Virus record (IMG/VR): IMGVR_UViG_3300032373_000001
Strand: one strand, 5' to 3'
Source of the DNA: a virus
Lineage: Duplodnaviria; Caudoviricetes
Length of the DNA stretch: 64,000 bases
A program made the translations under genes and the position numbers. How positions within the stretch are numbered: position 1 is the stretch's first letter; each line of letters begins with the position of its first letter. This document shows, piece by piece, positions 53,937-62,822 of the stretch. The notes beneath the pieces were generated by a model, which had not been told where the DNA came from, did no database searches, and saw only the letters and a list, made by a program, of their open reading frames with translations.

Positions 53937-54812
53937 TCACTCTTCGTCAGGGATGACTTCACCGAACCCACGGCAGATCTTGGAGGGACCCGCAAGGATC
54001 TCCCCGCAGGGGTTCGGCTGGTTCCTCACCCGGTAGTTCTTGAGCCGTCCAAACTCTTCTTCCGCCTTCTTGTCGATGGCCTCCGCCTCGCTCGCGTACA
54101 ACGGGGGGGACCTGACCGCCCACGCGGTGAGGAACCTGTTGAGGTCGCAGTCCGGGAACCTCGTGAGCACGCTCTGTCGGAAGAGGTCAAGTAGCTCGGC
54201 ACGCATGCTGTCGTTGCCTGCTGCGTAGAGCCATGTGAGTCGGGCCTGTGCATCCCCGCCCCCCAGGTAGGGGCCACCGTAGGAATCGGTCAGGGCGTAG
54301 TCTTCTCGGCCCGTGTCGTAGAAGATACTGGGAGTCATGCCCCCGTTCGTGCCGTGCAGCCAGGGCCTGTAGTCCTTGTTGAGCTTGAACGGGTTGGTGC
54401 CCCTCGGAGTGGTTCGGCCGAACATCAGTGGCCACTCTCGGAACATGTCCACACCCACGTCGTAGAGGAGGATGCGGCCCATGGTGCTGTCGTACAGATA
54501 CCATCCCCGCACGTCATCCACAGGGAACTTGCGGTCCATCCTCTTGTAGAAGCGGTCGAGGAACGCTTTGCCCTTAGAAGTCAGAGTGTAGGTGATGGTC
54601 AGCAGGGTCTCCCGCCCCTGGTTCTCTCGCGTCCGTTCCTCTCTCAGCAGTCGCTCCTGCACATACTCGACGGGCTCGGGTTCCTTCTTAGCGGGGGTCA
54701 CCCCTCCGTAGAGGTAGTTCCGCCCCTGGGGGGCGAGCTTGTGTTTCTGCACCGGAGTTTGAACGTAGCCCTGCAGGCCCGCCACGTCCCAAGTGTACCA
54801 GTCTTCTCGCAC
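53937..54812 (-). CDS. Hypothetical protein
   Basis: 291-aa ORF containing YTLTSKG and NPCGEIL. Confidence 0.7.
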   Translation of the reverse strand: MREDWYTWDVAGLQGYVQTPVQKHKLAPQGRNYLYGGVTPAKKEPEPVEYVQERLLREERTRENQGRETLLTITYTLTSKGKAFLDRFYKRMDRKFPVDDVRGWYLYDSTMGRILLYDVGVDMFREWPLMFGRTTPRGTNPFKLNKDYRPWLHGTNGGMTPSIFYDTGREDYALTDSYGGPYLGGGDAQARLTWLYAAGNDSMRAELLDLFRQSVLTRFPDCDLNRFLTAWAVRSPPLYASEAEAIDKKAEEEFGRLKNYRVRNQPNPCGEILAGPSKICRGFGEVIPDEE

Positions 54813-54879
54813 GGTTTCTCCAATTAGAAAAGTCCCCCAGAGCAGGACCTCTGGGGGACTTTTACGGGGCGGGCAGGTC

Positions 54880-55539
54880 TCAGACCAATCGCTTCTTCTC
54901 CAGCTGCTGGTCGGCCAAGTAGGCTTCCTTGTACCGCTGGTCCTTGCTGGTCTTCTGGACGATGACGTAGGTGGTCAGGATGCCTCCGGCGACTGCCAAC
55001 ACCACCAAGAGGATGACGATTTTGGCCTTGCCGCTGTCCTTGCTGTCGCCGCCGAAGAAGTTGCCGAGGTTGCTCATGATGCCGGGGGCTTCTCGCAGGA
55101 AGCTGGCGGTGTTGTGGACCTGAGCGAAGGTGTTCCAGCCAGTCACGGCGTAGTCTCCGAAGTTGGCCTCCCCGCGTGCTCGCCGCATCGCCAGCTGCCG
55201 CCAGCTCTGGACCGTGATGGCCAGGCCGCTGCCGAGGATGGGCAGGATGATGACCATGTACCCCAGCTCGAAGAACGCCTGGAGTGAGGCGGGGTCCAGG
55301 ATCATGCCCGTCAGGGTCTCCCCCTCGCTGGCGAAGACCTGCATTGGGGTGGCCGAGGCGATCAGGCCCAGCACCAGCAGGTAGCACCAGGTGAAGCCGC
55401 TGGCACTCATCACCGCACCCATCCAGGTCATGAAGTGGGCCGCGCCTCCTTTGGCTTTGGATGCGTCCCAGACCTTGCCTACGCTGACGGCGTTGAACCA
55501 GCTGATGGCGAAATTGAGAATGAACACGAGGTAGATCAC
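54880..55539 (-). CDS. Multi-pass membrane protein
   Basis: At least four hydrophobic segments. GTG start with AAGGAG. Confidence 0.8.
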   Translation of the reverse strand: MIYLVFILNFAISWFNAVSVGKVWDASKAKGGAAHFMTWMGAVMSASGFTWCYLLVLGLIASATPMQVFASEGETLTGMILDPASLQAFFELGYMVIILPILGSGLAITVQSWRQLAMRRARGEANFGDYAVTGWNTFAQVHNTASFLREAPGIMSNLGNFFGGDSKDSGKAKIVILLVVLAVAGGILTTYVIVQKTSKDQRYKEAYLADQQLEKKRLV

Positions 55540-55606
55540 GGAGGTCTCCTTGGGAGGGGTCAATTCCCCCTTACGGCTCCCAGAGCCGGAATATTTCTCG
55601 AACGTG

Positions 55607-55633
55607 AAAGGCCCCCCGGTGTGGGGGGCCTTT
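55607..55633. terminator. GC-rich hairpin, probable terminator
   Basis: aaaggcccccc-ggtgt-ggggggccttt. Confidence 0.55.
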
Positions 55634-55834
55634 GTTCAGGGGGTCCGTTGAGATCAGGCAGGAACTGAGTCCGTCCCCAAGTCCCCTTCGGTCTCGGGCT
55701 GGTTGCGGAAGATGTAGGCTTCCAGACCCCCACTCGAAATCCTTTTGGGGTTTCCTGCCCTTATGTGGGCCGTCCCCCGGTGGATTTCCGCCGCGCTTCC
55801 TTGACGGCCTGGATTGCGCGGTCGAGGACCTCTC

Positions 55835-55951
55835 TCAGTTCTCCCAGCCCACATTCCAGCTCAACCAAAGCTGCTGCGGAGTCCGCCCCCCATCCTGCGC
55901 GAGTCGTTCGAACAGCTGTTCCAGGATCGTCTGCTGAAGGGTCCCCGTCAT
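55835..55951 (-). CDS. Possible 38-aa protein
   Basis: MTGTLQQTILEQLFERLAQDGGRTPQQLWLSWNVGWEN. The ATG overlaps the upstream TGA. Confidence 0.4.
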   Translation of the reverse strand: MTGTLQQTILEQLFERLAQDGGRTPQQLWLSWNVGWEN

Positions 55952-56256
55952 GTGCAGCTGACAGCGGATCGCAGCGCTGGCCTCTTGGTTGAGGGGGTAG
56001 CCGCCCCGTCGAGCCCGACCAGCTGTCGGATCTGGCGGACCCGAGGCATCACCACTTCGAGGGTCTCGCCCGCCTCGACGTTGAGCCAATAGCGGATGGC
56101 TTCCGCACCCTCCGGGGGAGTCTTCGCTCGGAGAATTTCTCGGACGTCGAAGGCGATGGCAGGGTCCGGGAACTCGTGGTTGCCGGGGTCTTCCCACCCC
56201 ACCTTCAGGTAGAGGTGCAGGCAGTCTTCGTCGGTCAGGTTGTCGATGTCGATCAT
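55948..56256 (-). CDS. Hypothetical protein
   Basis: 102 aa, ATGA coupling on both sides. Confidence 0.65.
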   Translation of the reverse strand: MIDIDNLTDEDCLHLYLKVGWEDPGNHEFPDPAIAFDVREILRAKTPPEGAEAIRYWLNVEAGETLEVVMPRVRQIRQLVGLDGAATPSTKRPALRSAVSCT

Positions 56257-56627
56257 GTTGCCCTCAACGGTCGCATGGGGATGGAGTGGATCAGGATCTC
56301 ACTGAGGTTGTGGGGGTCCTCACAGTCGAGGTTCTCGCAGCGCAATTCCCCCAGCGGCGGGTCGGACTCCCAACAATCCCAGTCGGCCATGTCTTCGGGG
56401 TCTGGGGGGTGCTCCAGGTGCTCCCGGACGATGGAGTTTCGCCGGGATTCGCGGGGGACCCATATGCGGATGGAGTCGACCAAGAGCTGTTCGCATTCGG
56501 AACACATGACGGGGACGTCCGCCCCTTCCATGACCCCCAAGAGCCGCTCTTCGATCAAGGCTTCCCGCACAGACTTCTTAGCCGTCCGGAGAGCTTCCTC
56601 GGCTACCTTCTTGAGGGGTCGGTCCAT
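56253..56627 (-). CDS. Hypothetical protein with CxxC motifs
   Basis: CSEC and CENLDC. GGAGG SD. Confidence 0.65.
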   Translation of the reverse strand: MDRPLKKVAEEALRTAKKSVREALIEERLLGVMEGADVPVMCSECEQLLVDSIRIWVPRESRRNSIVREHLEHPPDPEDMADWDCWESDPPLGELRCENLDCEDPHNLSEILIHSIPMRPLRAT

Positions 56628-56639
56628 CGATGGCCTCCT

Positions 56640-56846
56640 TCATCTTCGTCGAGCCTTGTAGGCCAGGAGCCGCCAGGCATCCTGGCACCCCAGCTGGTTA
56701 CTGACGGCCAAGGCTTCCCCCAAGCACTCCGGCAGCGGGCCTCTGTTCTCCACCCAGGCCATGAGGGCTGCCCCTTTCTTTTCTCCGAGAGCTTCCACGA
56801 CGGAGTTGAGCTGGCCCGTCGTGGAGTCCTGACGCTGCCACATCAT
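56640..56846 (-). CDS. Small hypothetical protein
   Basis: 68 aa, coupled to the upstream gene. Confidence 0.55.
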   Translation of the reverse strand: MMWQRQDSTTGQLNSVVEALGEKKGAALMAWVENRGPLPECLGEALAVSNQLGCQDAWRLLAYKARRR

Positions 56847-57664
56847 TCCCCCCAAGCCTCATCTTCCCAGTCGTATCGACGACGGGAGAACCGGCGGTAC
56901 AGAGGTTCCGGCTCCGTCTTGGTCGGCAGGCGGAGGTAGTCTCTGTTAGGCCTCAGGTCAGCTTCGGGGACCAGGGCCAGCGCCTCGAACGGAGCAGCGA
57001 CGTCGGCCCAGTATGCCAGGAGTTCTTCGGGTCGCGTTTCGAAGATGTTCGGTCCGAATAAGAATCCCCCGCCGTTTCCGGGGCGGAAGAAGCCTGAGTC
57101 CTGCCGCACCCGGTGGATCAGTCGCCTAATCTCGGTGTGCTTCACCTCGTAGCCTTGGCCTACAAGGACGTTCCGGACAGCGGTGGGGTGGTTGAACAGG
57201 AACTTCCACTGCCCCAGGAGCAGCGAGAGGTGCGACCACAAGGCATCCTTCTGGGCCTCTCGGCCCTCGGGCAGCTGGTACTCCAGGGCGCGTCGGTCCT
57301 GGGTCTGGGTCCAGTGCCAGAAGCGGCGGGAAGAGATGAGGGGCATCACTCCCTTGGCCCAAGGCTGGGGCATGTGCATCCGGTCCAGGTCGCTGTGTAT
57401 CTTCCAGTAGAAGGAGGCCGGGTCTCCGCTTCGGCTCTTCTGGTAACGGAGAACGCTGGCCGTCTTGCAGATGCCGATGCCCACCGACGACCACTCAGGC
57501 TCACCCTTCGGACGCCGCCGCCGCTCTTCGTGGAGTCGCTCGTTGAGCCCGAAACCCCGTCCCCCCTCAGGTCGGACGACGCGGAAGCTGCAGCTTCCAT
57601 CCCCGCACATCTCCAGGCAGATGCCGTCCTTGTTGATGGTCGTGCGTCGGTGGGTGTCGGCCAT
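56843..57664 (-). CDS. Hypothetical protein
   Basis: 273 aa with GAGGAG SD. Downstream of a promoter-like motif. Confidence 0.7.
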   Translation of the reverse strand: MADTHRRTTINKDGICLEMCGDGSCSFRVVRPEGGRGFGLNERLHEERRRRPKGEPEWSSVGIGICKTASVLRYQKSRSGDPASFYWKIHSDLDRMHMPQPWAKGVMPLISSRRFWHWTQTQDRRALEYQLPEGREAQKDALWSHLSLLLGQWKFLFNHPTAVRNVLVGQGYEVKHTEIRRLIHRVRQDSGFFRPGNGGGFLFGPNIFETRPEELLAYWADVAAPFEALALVPEADLRPNRDYLRLPTKTEPEPLYRRFSRRRYDWEDEAWGE

Positions 57665-57689
57665 GTCGGCTCCTCTCGGGTCAGGGGTC

Positions 57690-57720
57690 CATTACGGGCA
57701 TGCGAAGGGACGGCAACAAG
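57690..57720 (-). promoter_or_regulatory. Early promoter variant CTTGTTGCC-N14-CCGTAATG
   Basis: Exact -10 box and spacing, degenerate upstream box. Confidence 0.4.
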
Positions 57721-57757
57721 CCGTCCCTTCGCTCCCTTGTGGAATTCAGAAATTAGT

Positions 57758-58012
57758 TCACTCTTCGTACCCCCCCTCCAAATGAGAGGAGATGATGGCT
57801 CCGGCCTTGTCGTATTCGTCGGTGAACGTCGGGTGGGTGTAGCGGACCCAGAAGGCGATGGAAGAGGGGTCTGGCACAAACCCCTCTTTGAGGAGTGACC
57901 TGTAGCAGGCGTCGGCCCACTCCTGGATCTGCGGTGTGGACGGGAAGGCCCCGTTCTCCCCCGAGGGGAACGGGGTTGGAGGATGACCTGCGGGCACGAT
58001 GAGCTTGAACAT
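57758..58012 (-). CDS. Hypothetical protein
   Basis: 84-aa ORF. Confidence 0.6.
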   Translation of the reverse strand: MFKLIVPAGHPPTPFPSGENGAFPSTPQIQEWADACYRSLLKEGFVPDPSSIAFWVRYTHPTFTDEYDKAGAIISSHLEGGYEE

Positions 58013-58031
58013 GCCCGCAGATTACCCGTCT

Positions 58032-58394
58032 TCAGGGCAATCCGTTGTGCTTCAGCTGGTGCCGGGTCCACTCCACGCGGCACCAGCGGAGGTCACCGTC
58101 GTCTCTCCAGCAGATGACCGGGTACTTCCGGCGAGACAGGTCCCAGCCGATGATCCTGTGAACCTTCCCGTCGCAGTAGAACTCTCGCAGATACCACGAG
58201 GAGTCACCCCCCTTGAGGAGGGCACCTCGATGAAACTCCGAGGGAGCCTCCTCGCCCTCGGCGAAGAACTGGAACTGCACCGTGAGGGTTCCGCTCTCAT
58301 GGCGACTAAAGAGTTCCCGGACCTCGTAGCCGAAGGAGCTGGCGATGGCCTGCATGGCGCTCCGGGCGACCGTGGCAAGACCCTCCCAGTTCAC
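58032..58394 (-). CDS. Hypothetical protein
   Basis: 120 aa, GTGA coupling, high C/G3. Confidence 0.65.
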   Translation of the reverse strand: MNWEGLATVARSAMQAIASSFGYEVRELFSRHESGTLTVQFQFFAEGEEAPSEFHRGALLKGGDSSWYLREFYCDGKVHRIIGWDLSRRKYPVICWRDDGDLRWCRVEWTRHQLKHNGLP

Positions 58395-58555
58395 GGCAGG
58401 ACCACGGCGAGGGCATACTCCGGGTTGCTGAGGAGGTCCTGGGCGATCATGGCGAACAGGAAGAGGTATGCCATCATGAGGATGCCGAAGGGGTAGTTCT
58501 GCTTCTCTTTGTCCAGGACGGTCTCCTGCGGGAAGGTGGTGGCCGTCGTCTTCAT
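58391..58555 (-). CDS. Small single-pass membrane protein (54 aa)
   Basis: MKTTATTFPQETVLDKEKQNYPFGILMMAYLFLFAMIAQDLLSNPEYALAVVLP, read from the sequence. Confidence 0.55.
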   Translation of the reverse strand: MKTTATTFPQETVLDKEKQNYPFGILMMAYLFLFAMIAQDLLSNPEYALAVVLP

Positions 58556-58556
58556 G

Positions 58557-58769
58557 TCAAGCCTCGCGGTGGGGGTTGTGCTCGTCGCTGTTGTGCTCGC
58601 GGACCAGGTCTCGCGCCCATTTCTTCAGTGCCGGCGGGAGCTCCCCATACTCGGGGAGCCTGGTGAAGTTCTCTCCGTTGAAGCCCGATGAGACGACCGT
58701 GCCGAAGAGGTCAGCCAGCCGGGGGTCCTTGATGCAGTGGTTCTCGTCGATGTAGTATCCGTAGCCCAT
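58557..58769 (-). CDS. Small hypothetical protein
   Basis: MGYGYYIDENHC..., 70 aa. Confidence 0.65.
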   Translation of the reverse strand: MGYGYYIDENHCIKDPRLADLFGTVVSSGFNGENFTRLPEYGELPPALKKWARDLVREHNSDEHNPHREA

Positions 58770-58773
58770 GAGG

Positions 58774-59109
58774 TCACCCCTTGCGGCGGTTGAAGAATGG
58801 GGGGATGCGGCCAGCCGTGATGCTCCGCGCGACGTTCTTGGCGGCGGTGGTGGCCATCTCGGCGAAGTCGGCGAAGTCGACATCCCAGCGGAAGGTGTTG
58901 ACTTCATCACCTTCGTTCGGGTCCAGGCGCACGAATTCGATGCGCAGGCCGGTTGCCTCAGCGATGACCTCGACGAAGTCGTTCTTTCTCCCGCTCGGGA
59001 GGAGCATGTCGGAGTTGATGACCGTGAAGTTCTGGGCGGGGGAACCGTCGCTGAAGGGTGCTGCCACCACGTCAGACATGTTCTCCGGGCCGATGACAAA
59101 ACCGCTCAT
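58774..59109 (-). CDS. Hypothetical early protein
   Basis: 111 aa with GAGGAG SD and strong codon bias. Confidence 0.75.
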   Translation of the reverse strand: MSGFVIGPENMSDVVAAPFSDGSPAQNFTVINSDMLLPSGRKNDFVEVIAEATGLRIEFVRLDPNEGDEVNTFRWDVDFADFAEMATTAAKNVARSITAGRIPPFFNRRKG

Positions 59110-59112
59110 GGC

Positions 59113-59412
59113 TCACTCCTCGCCGGTGTAGGGTGCGTAGCAGATGATGACCTCGTCATAGGTCACGGTCCCCTCGCCGACCTTCAGGTCCGAGGGGTGC
59201 TTCTTGACCCAGCTGGTCTTCTCGTTGAGCTGCTTCCAGTCCTGGCCGATGCGGGCCACGCCGGACTTGACCGCCTCGAAGTTCTCGGCCTGCTCCGGGG
59301 TGGGGTCAGCCCAGTCGCTGGAGGCGAACTGGATGCCGCTGTGCTGGTCATCGACGCCCATCCAGGACAGTGCGCCGCTGATGTCGTAGGTGTCGAACGC
59401 GCGAAGGGTCAT
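59113..59412 (-). CDS. Hypothetical early protein
   Basis: 99 aa with GGAG SD, directly downstream of a promoter motif. Confidence 0.75.
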   Translation of the reverse strand: MTLRAFDTYDISGALSWMGVDDQHSGIQFASSDWADPTPEQAENFEAVKSGVARIGQDWKQLNEKTSWVKKHPSDLKVGEGTVTYDEVIICYAPYTGEE

Positions 59413-59442
59413 GGTAGGCTCCATGGGAGGGGGATTCACAGT

Positions 59443-59473
59443 CGTTACGGGCAAAAGCAGAATCAGAAATCAA
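59443..59473 (-). promoter_or_regulatory. Early promoter TTGATTTCT-N14-CCGTAACG
   Basis: Same architecture and spacing as the other copies. Confidence 0.6.
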
Positions 59474-59509
59474 TGGGGGGCAGGGCAGAAAATCCCCGCC
59501 CCCGGAGGC

Positions 59510-60040
59510 TCAGGTCAGGCCCATCAGCTGGGCGCAGTCGGGGCCGATGCCCCGGTCGACCGACGAGGGCACGGTCAGGGCACGACCGCAGCGAGCACAG
59601 TGCCCGTGGTGCAGCACCCGGATGGTGTGCAGGCGGTCGTGCTGCGCCGCGCCGATGGTCCAGGTGAGAACGACCTCGCTGAGGTGTTTCTTCTGGACTT
59701 CCACCTTGCTCTTGCTGCTGGGGCGGTAGGTGCCATCTTCGCCGAGGGTGCCGACGAACTGGTAGTCGCCCGAGTGGGGCGAGTTGTCCCCACCGACGAG
59801 CACGTCGACCATGTGGCGGTCGAAGCCCTTCGGCTTGCGCGTGCGGAAGGTCACCCGCGTGCCGGTCTTGTCGTTGACGATGGTGAAGACGGCCTTCTTG
59901 CCGGGTTTTTTCTTGATCCAGGGCTTGTACGCCTTCTGGGACTCGGGGGGGGCGGTCATGTACGCGAGGACCGCGTTGGCGGCCAGCTCGCCAGCGTTGA
60001 AGTCGAACTGAACGATCTCGACAGCGTTTTCGGTGTTCAC
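59510..60040 (-). CDS. DUF6011-like phage protein with a C-terminal zinc finger
   Basis: FTIVN...GTRVTF...GGDN...DYQFVG...HGHCARCGRALTVPSSVDRGIGPDCA. Confidence 0.75.
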   Translation of the reverse strand: MNTENAVEIVQFDFNAGELAANAVLAYMTAPPESQKAYKPWIKKKPGKKAVFTIVNDKTGTRVTFRTRKPKGFDRHMVDVLVGGDNSPHSGDYQFVGTLGEDGTYRPSSKSKVEVQKKHLSEVVLTWTIGAAQHDRLHTIRVLHHGHCARCGRALTVPSSVDRGIGPDCAQLMGLT

Positions 60041-60108
60041 AGCAGCTCCTTGCGCGCTCAGCGCGGCGGGATTGGCGGTTAATGCGGCATCTCAGCCGCT
60101 CTCATCGT

Positions 60109-60139
60109 CATTACGGTCAAAATCGACGGCGGAAATCAA
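60109..60139 (-). promoter_or_regulatory. Leftward early promoter TTGATTTCC-N14-CCGTAATG
   Basis: Reverse complement of cattacgg-N14-ggaaatcaa. Confidence 0.65.
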
Positions 60140-60212
60140 ACGGCCACCCCAAAATCGCCAAATTTGCGGCGATGGCGTATCCGCCGCAATTCTGCTGAAT
60201 TTCAACCGCTGG

Positions 60213-60243
60213 CTGATTTCCGTCGTTGAATTCTCCCGTAATG
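60213..60243 (+). promoter_or_regulatory. Rightward early promoter CTGATTTCC-N14-CCGTAATG
   Basis: Back-to-back with the leftward copy, at the strand switch. Confidence 0.65.
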
Positions 60244-60273
60244 TGGGTGACCCCCTCCTCTCGGAGCTTAACG

Positions 60274-60738
60274 ATGACCCTCTTGCCCACTCCCTACGGA
60301 ATCAACGTCGTTGACGTTGAGCGTCCTGGCGTGACGTACCTGCGGAACGTGAAGTGCGAGGACGAGGCCGAGATCAACGGCCTCCTGTTCGTTCGCTTGA
60401 GCGACACCGAGACGCTCGTCCAGAACGTGTTCTCGGCTCCTGAGTACATGCGCGACCCGATCGTCATGCCCCGCCAGGACGCGATCCGCCTCTTCCGCGA
60501 CACTCTCAAGAGCGGCTATGGCCGCATCGGCAGCGTGCGGGACCTCCGCAAGGTCCTGCCTCTGTTCTTCTTCCCGGACGTCGAGGGCGCGTACTCGGAT
60601 GCGGTCCGGCGCCTTCGTCAGCGGGATGGCGGCATCCCCAACCACAACACGCGGCGGCAGCTGCGCTCCCACCTCCGCACCTGGGAGTCAGGCCAGCGCA
60701 GCGGCGCGGAGATCATCCCCGTCCTCCGGAGATTCTGA
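60274..60738 (+). CDS. Hypothetical early protein
   Basis: ATG at 60274 with GGAG. Strong C/G3 bias. Confidence 0.75.
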   Translation: MTLLPTPYGINVVDVERPGVTYLRNVKCEDEAEINGLLFVRLSDTETLVQNVFSAPEYMRDPIVMPRQDAIRLFRDTLKSGYGRIGSVRDLRKVLPLFFFPDVEGAYSDAVRRLRQRDGGIPNHNTRRQLRSHLRTWESGQRSGAEIIPVLRRF

Positions 60739-60789
60739 GTCCCCGGCCCCCCGACCCCTGACTGTTCGTAACGACCCCCGGAGACCTCA

Positions 60790-61131
60790 ATGAAGACCCT
60801 GACTGTCGAAGTCACCCGCGAAATCACCATCAAAATTCGCCGGTTCGACAAGAATGACTGGCGGTTCTACTCCAGCTGCCCCCCGTTCGGCGACGGCAGC
60901 GCCCCGTTCCTCGCTGAGGTCGAGGACGTCGGTACAGTCCTCGCCGACAAGTCAGGCTTGTTCTTCGAGCTGCTGGACCCCGGAGCCCTCAACGGCGTCA
61001 CCCAGTACGGCTACAACATGACCCTCAACCCCTCCGAGGCAGAGCACGCGGTGGAGATCTTCGCGCAGTTTGTCGCGCAGGGTCAGCGCCCTGAGTCCTT
61101 CTTCGGGACCCCCCGAAGGACCATCACCTAA
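60790..61131 (+). CDS. Hypothetical early protein
   Basis: 113 aa with GGAG SD. Confidence 0.75.
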   Translation: MKTLTVEVTREITIKIRRFDKNDWRFYSSCPPFGDGSAPFLAEVEDVGTVLADKSGLFFELLDPGALNGVTQYGYNMTLNPSEAEHAVEIFAQFVAQGQRPESFFGTPRRTIT

Positions 61132-61185
61132 GACATTCCCCGTACGAGGCTTTGAGCGCCGCGTGCTGTCCCCGCTGAAGGGGCG

Positions 61186-61623
61186 TTGGCGCTCAAAGCC
61201 TCTCACCGCTATTCAGTACACCACCGCCTTGGGAGCACTGTGAACACCGTCTGGCAAACCGCAACCGTCGTTGGGTCCCTCGTTGACCCCGCCCAGCACC
61301 AGGGAGAACTGTCCCCCATCCTGGGCACCTTCCCGGACGACCGGCCCCTCCACGAGACCTGGCTGGCTCGCTACAAGAACGGGCAGGGACGGCCCGTCAA
61401 CCAGCGGCTGAACCTCTATCTCTTCATGGAAGAGGGCAACCCTGTGTGGGTCCTCGGTGTCCGCCTCACCTGCCTCGACCAGCGCGGGGACCAGGGGATG
61501 AGCCGGAGCTATTTCGAAGTCCGGGATACCTTCAACCTCTTCCGGAAGCTGACCTACAAGACCTGTTTCCGGGATATCCACCCGCGCCTGACCCACTTCC
61601 TGTACCGCACGGAGGTCGCGTGA
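61186..61623 (+). CDS. Hypothetical protein
   Basis: The start may be the GTG at 61240. Coupled downstream. Confidence 0.65.
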   Translation: MALKASHRYSVHHRLGSTVNTVWQTATVVGSLVDPAQHQGELSPILGTFPDDRPLHETWLARYKNGQGRPVNQRLNLYLFMEEGNPVWVLGVRLTCLDQRGDQGMSRSYFEVRDTFNLFRKLTYKTCFRDIHPRLTHFLYRTEVA

Positions 61624-61754
61624 CCCTCTTCGAGACCCTGGCTTCCCTGCAAGACTGGCAGATTATGACCCTCGGGAGCGGGGCTCTGGTCCGGCCCCGC
61701 TCCCCCTGTATGGTCTGGGGGTTCCAGCACTTGCCCGACCGTAAGCAAGACTGA
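61620..61754 (+). CDS. Possible 44-aa protein
   Basis: GTGA coupling after GGAGG. The stop overlaps the next ATG. Confidence 0.4.
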   Translation: MTLFETLASLQDWQIMTLGSGALVRPRSPCMVWGFQHLPDRKQD

Positions 61755-61933
61755 TGATCGCACTCACCACCACCAACCTCCTCCTCTGCACCGTCGGTGC
61801 CGGAGTCAGCCTCGGTGCTGCCGTCACCCAGATCGTTATCGGTCGCCGGGGAGGCCCGTTCTACCTCACGGGCTACCTGGCTTCGGTCTTCGGTGCCCTC
61901 CTCTTCGCCCTCCTCGCTTTTGGAGCAACCTGA
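61754..61933 (+). CDS. Small two-helix membrane protein (59 aa)
   Basis: MIALTTTNLLLCTVGAGVSLGAAVTQIVIGRRGGPFYLTGYLASVFGALLFALLAFGAT. TGATG coupling on both sides. Confidence 0.6.
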   Translation: MIALTTTNLLLCTVGAGVSLGAAVTQIVIGRRGGPFYLTGYLASVFGALLFALLAFGAT

Positions 61934-62256
61934 TGGGCAACAAGAACGACGATGCCAGCAGCACCCTCGCTCAGTGGAGCGATGCCATCGCCTTGACGGG
62001 CCGGGAATCTGCAACCAAGACCGCACGGGGTCGGGAGGTGCGAGAAGCGCTCGAAGCCCGAACCCCGCTCAGCGAGAACGCGAAAGCGCTGATGCACGCG
62101 GTCTTCGACCACCACAGCGAGATGGAGAACCTGCGCTGGCACGGCGTCGCGGAAGGGGCGGAAGAAGCCGTCTTCCAGCGCCTGACCCAGGCGCGCATCC
62201 TCCTCAACGAGCTGGCTGACCTCTCCGCAGCCCTCCTCAACACTGACGCCGAGTAG
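61933..62256 (+). CDS. Hypothetical helical protein
   Basis: 107 aa with strong codon bias. Confidence 0.75.
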   Translation: MGNKNDDASSTLAQWSDAIALTGRESATKTARGREVREALEARTPLSENAKALMHAVFDHHSEMENLRWHGVAEGAEEAVFQRLTQARILLNELADLSAALLNTDAE

Positions 62257-62265
62257 GACACCGCT

Positions 62266-62799
62266 ATGATCCACGACTACGACGTGGAAGATCACCTCCA
62301 CTTCCTCAGCAAGACGGAGTTCGAGGACCTCTGCGACAAGCTCCAGGAGAACCCTCGCAGCTACAGCCGCCAGCGGGGACTGGTCTGCGACTACGACGAG
62401 CGCCTGATCGCCTATATCCTGGTCTCCCAGCGGGGAGGTTTCGCGGCAGTCATGGGTGGCTTCTCCCCCTCCCAGAAGGCGCGCCTCCTGAAGCGCTTCG
62501 AGCACTGGGCGGTCGCCTTCGACCGCCTCCCCGAGTATGTGGAGGAATGTGACCTGGCCTTGGCCATCCTGGGGATCCTCCCGCTCGACAAGGAGCCGAC
62601 CATCTACGACATCCCCCTGACGATGGCCCCTTGGTTCGAGGACCTGGACCACCTCATCCGGTTCCACAACGAGGCTGTGGACCGTTGGACCGCCCGCTGC
62701 CCCCAAATCCGGAGTGGGGGGCATCTCCACCCTGCAACCCACCCCCATTGGGCACAAGAAGGCGTGTTCACTCCTGAGGACTTGCTCCGCCACTTCTGA
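62266..62799 (+). CDS. Hypothetical protein
   Basis: 177 aa with AGGA SD. Confidence 0.75.
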   Translation: MIHDYDVEDHLHFLSKTEFEDLCDKLQENPRSYSRQRGLVCDYDERLIAYILVSQRGGFAAVMGGFSPSQKARLLKRFEHWAVAFDRLPEYVEECDLALAILGILPLDKEPTIYDIPLTMAPWFEDLDHLIRFHNEAVDRWTARCPQIRSGGHLHPATHPHWAQEGVFTPEDLLRHF

Positions 62800-62822
62800 T
62801 CGGGTGCCCCGTAAGGGGGGGT

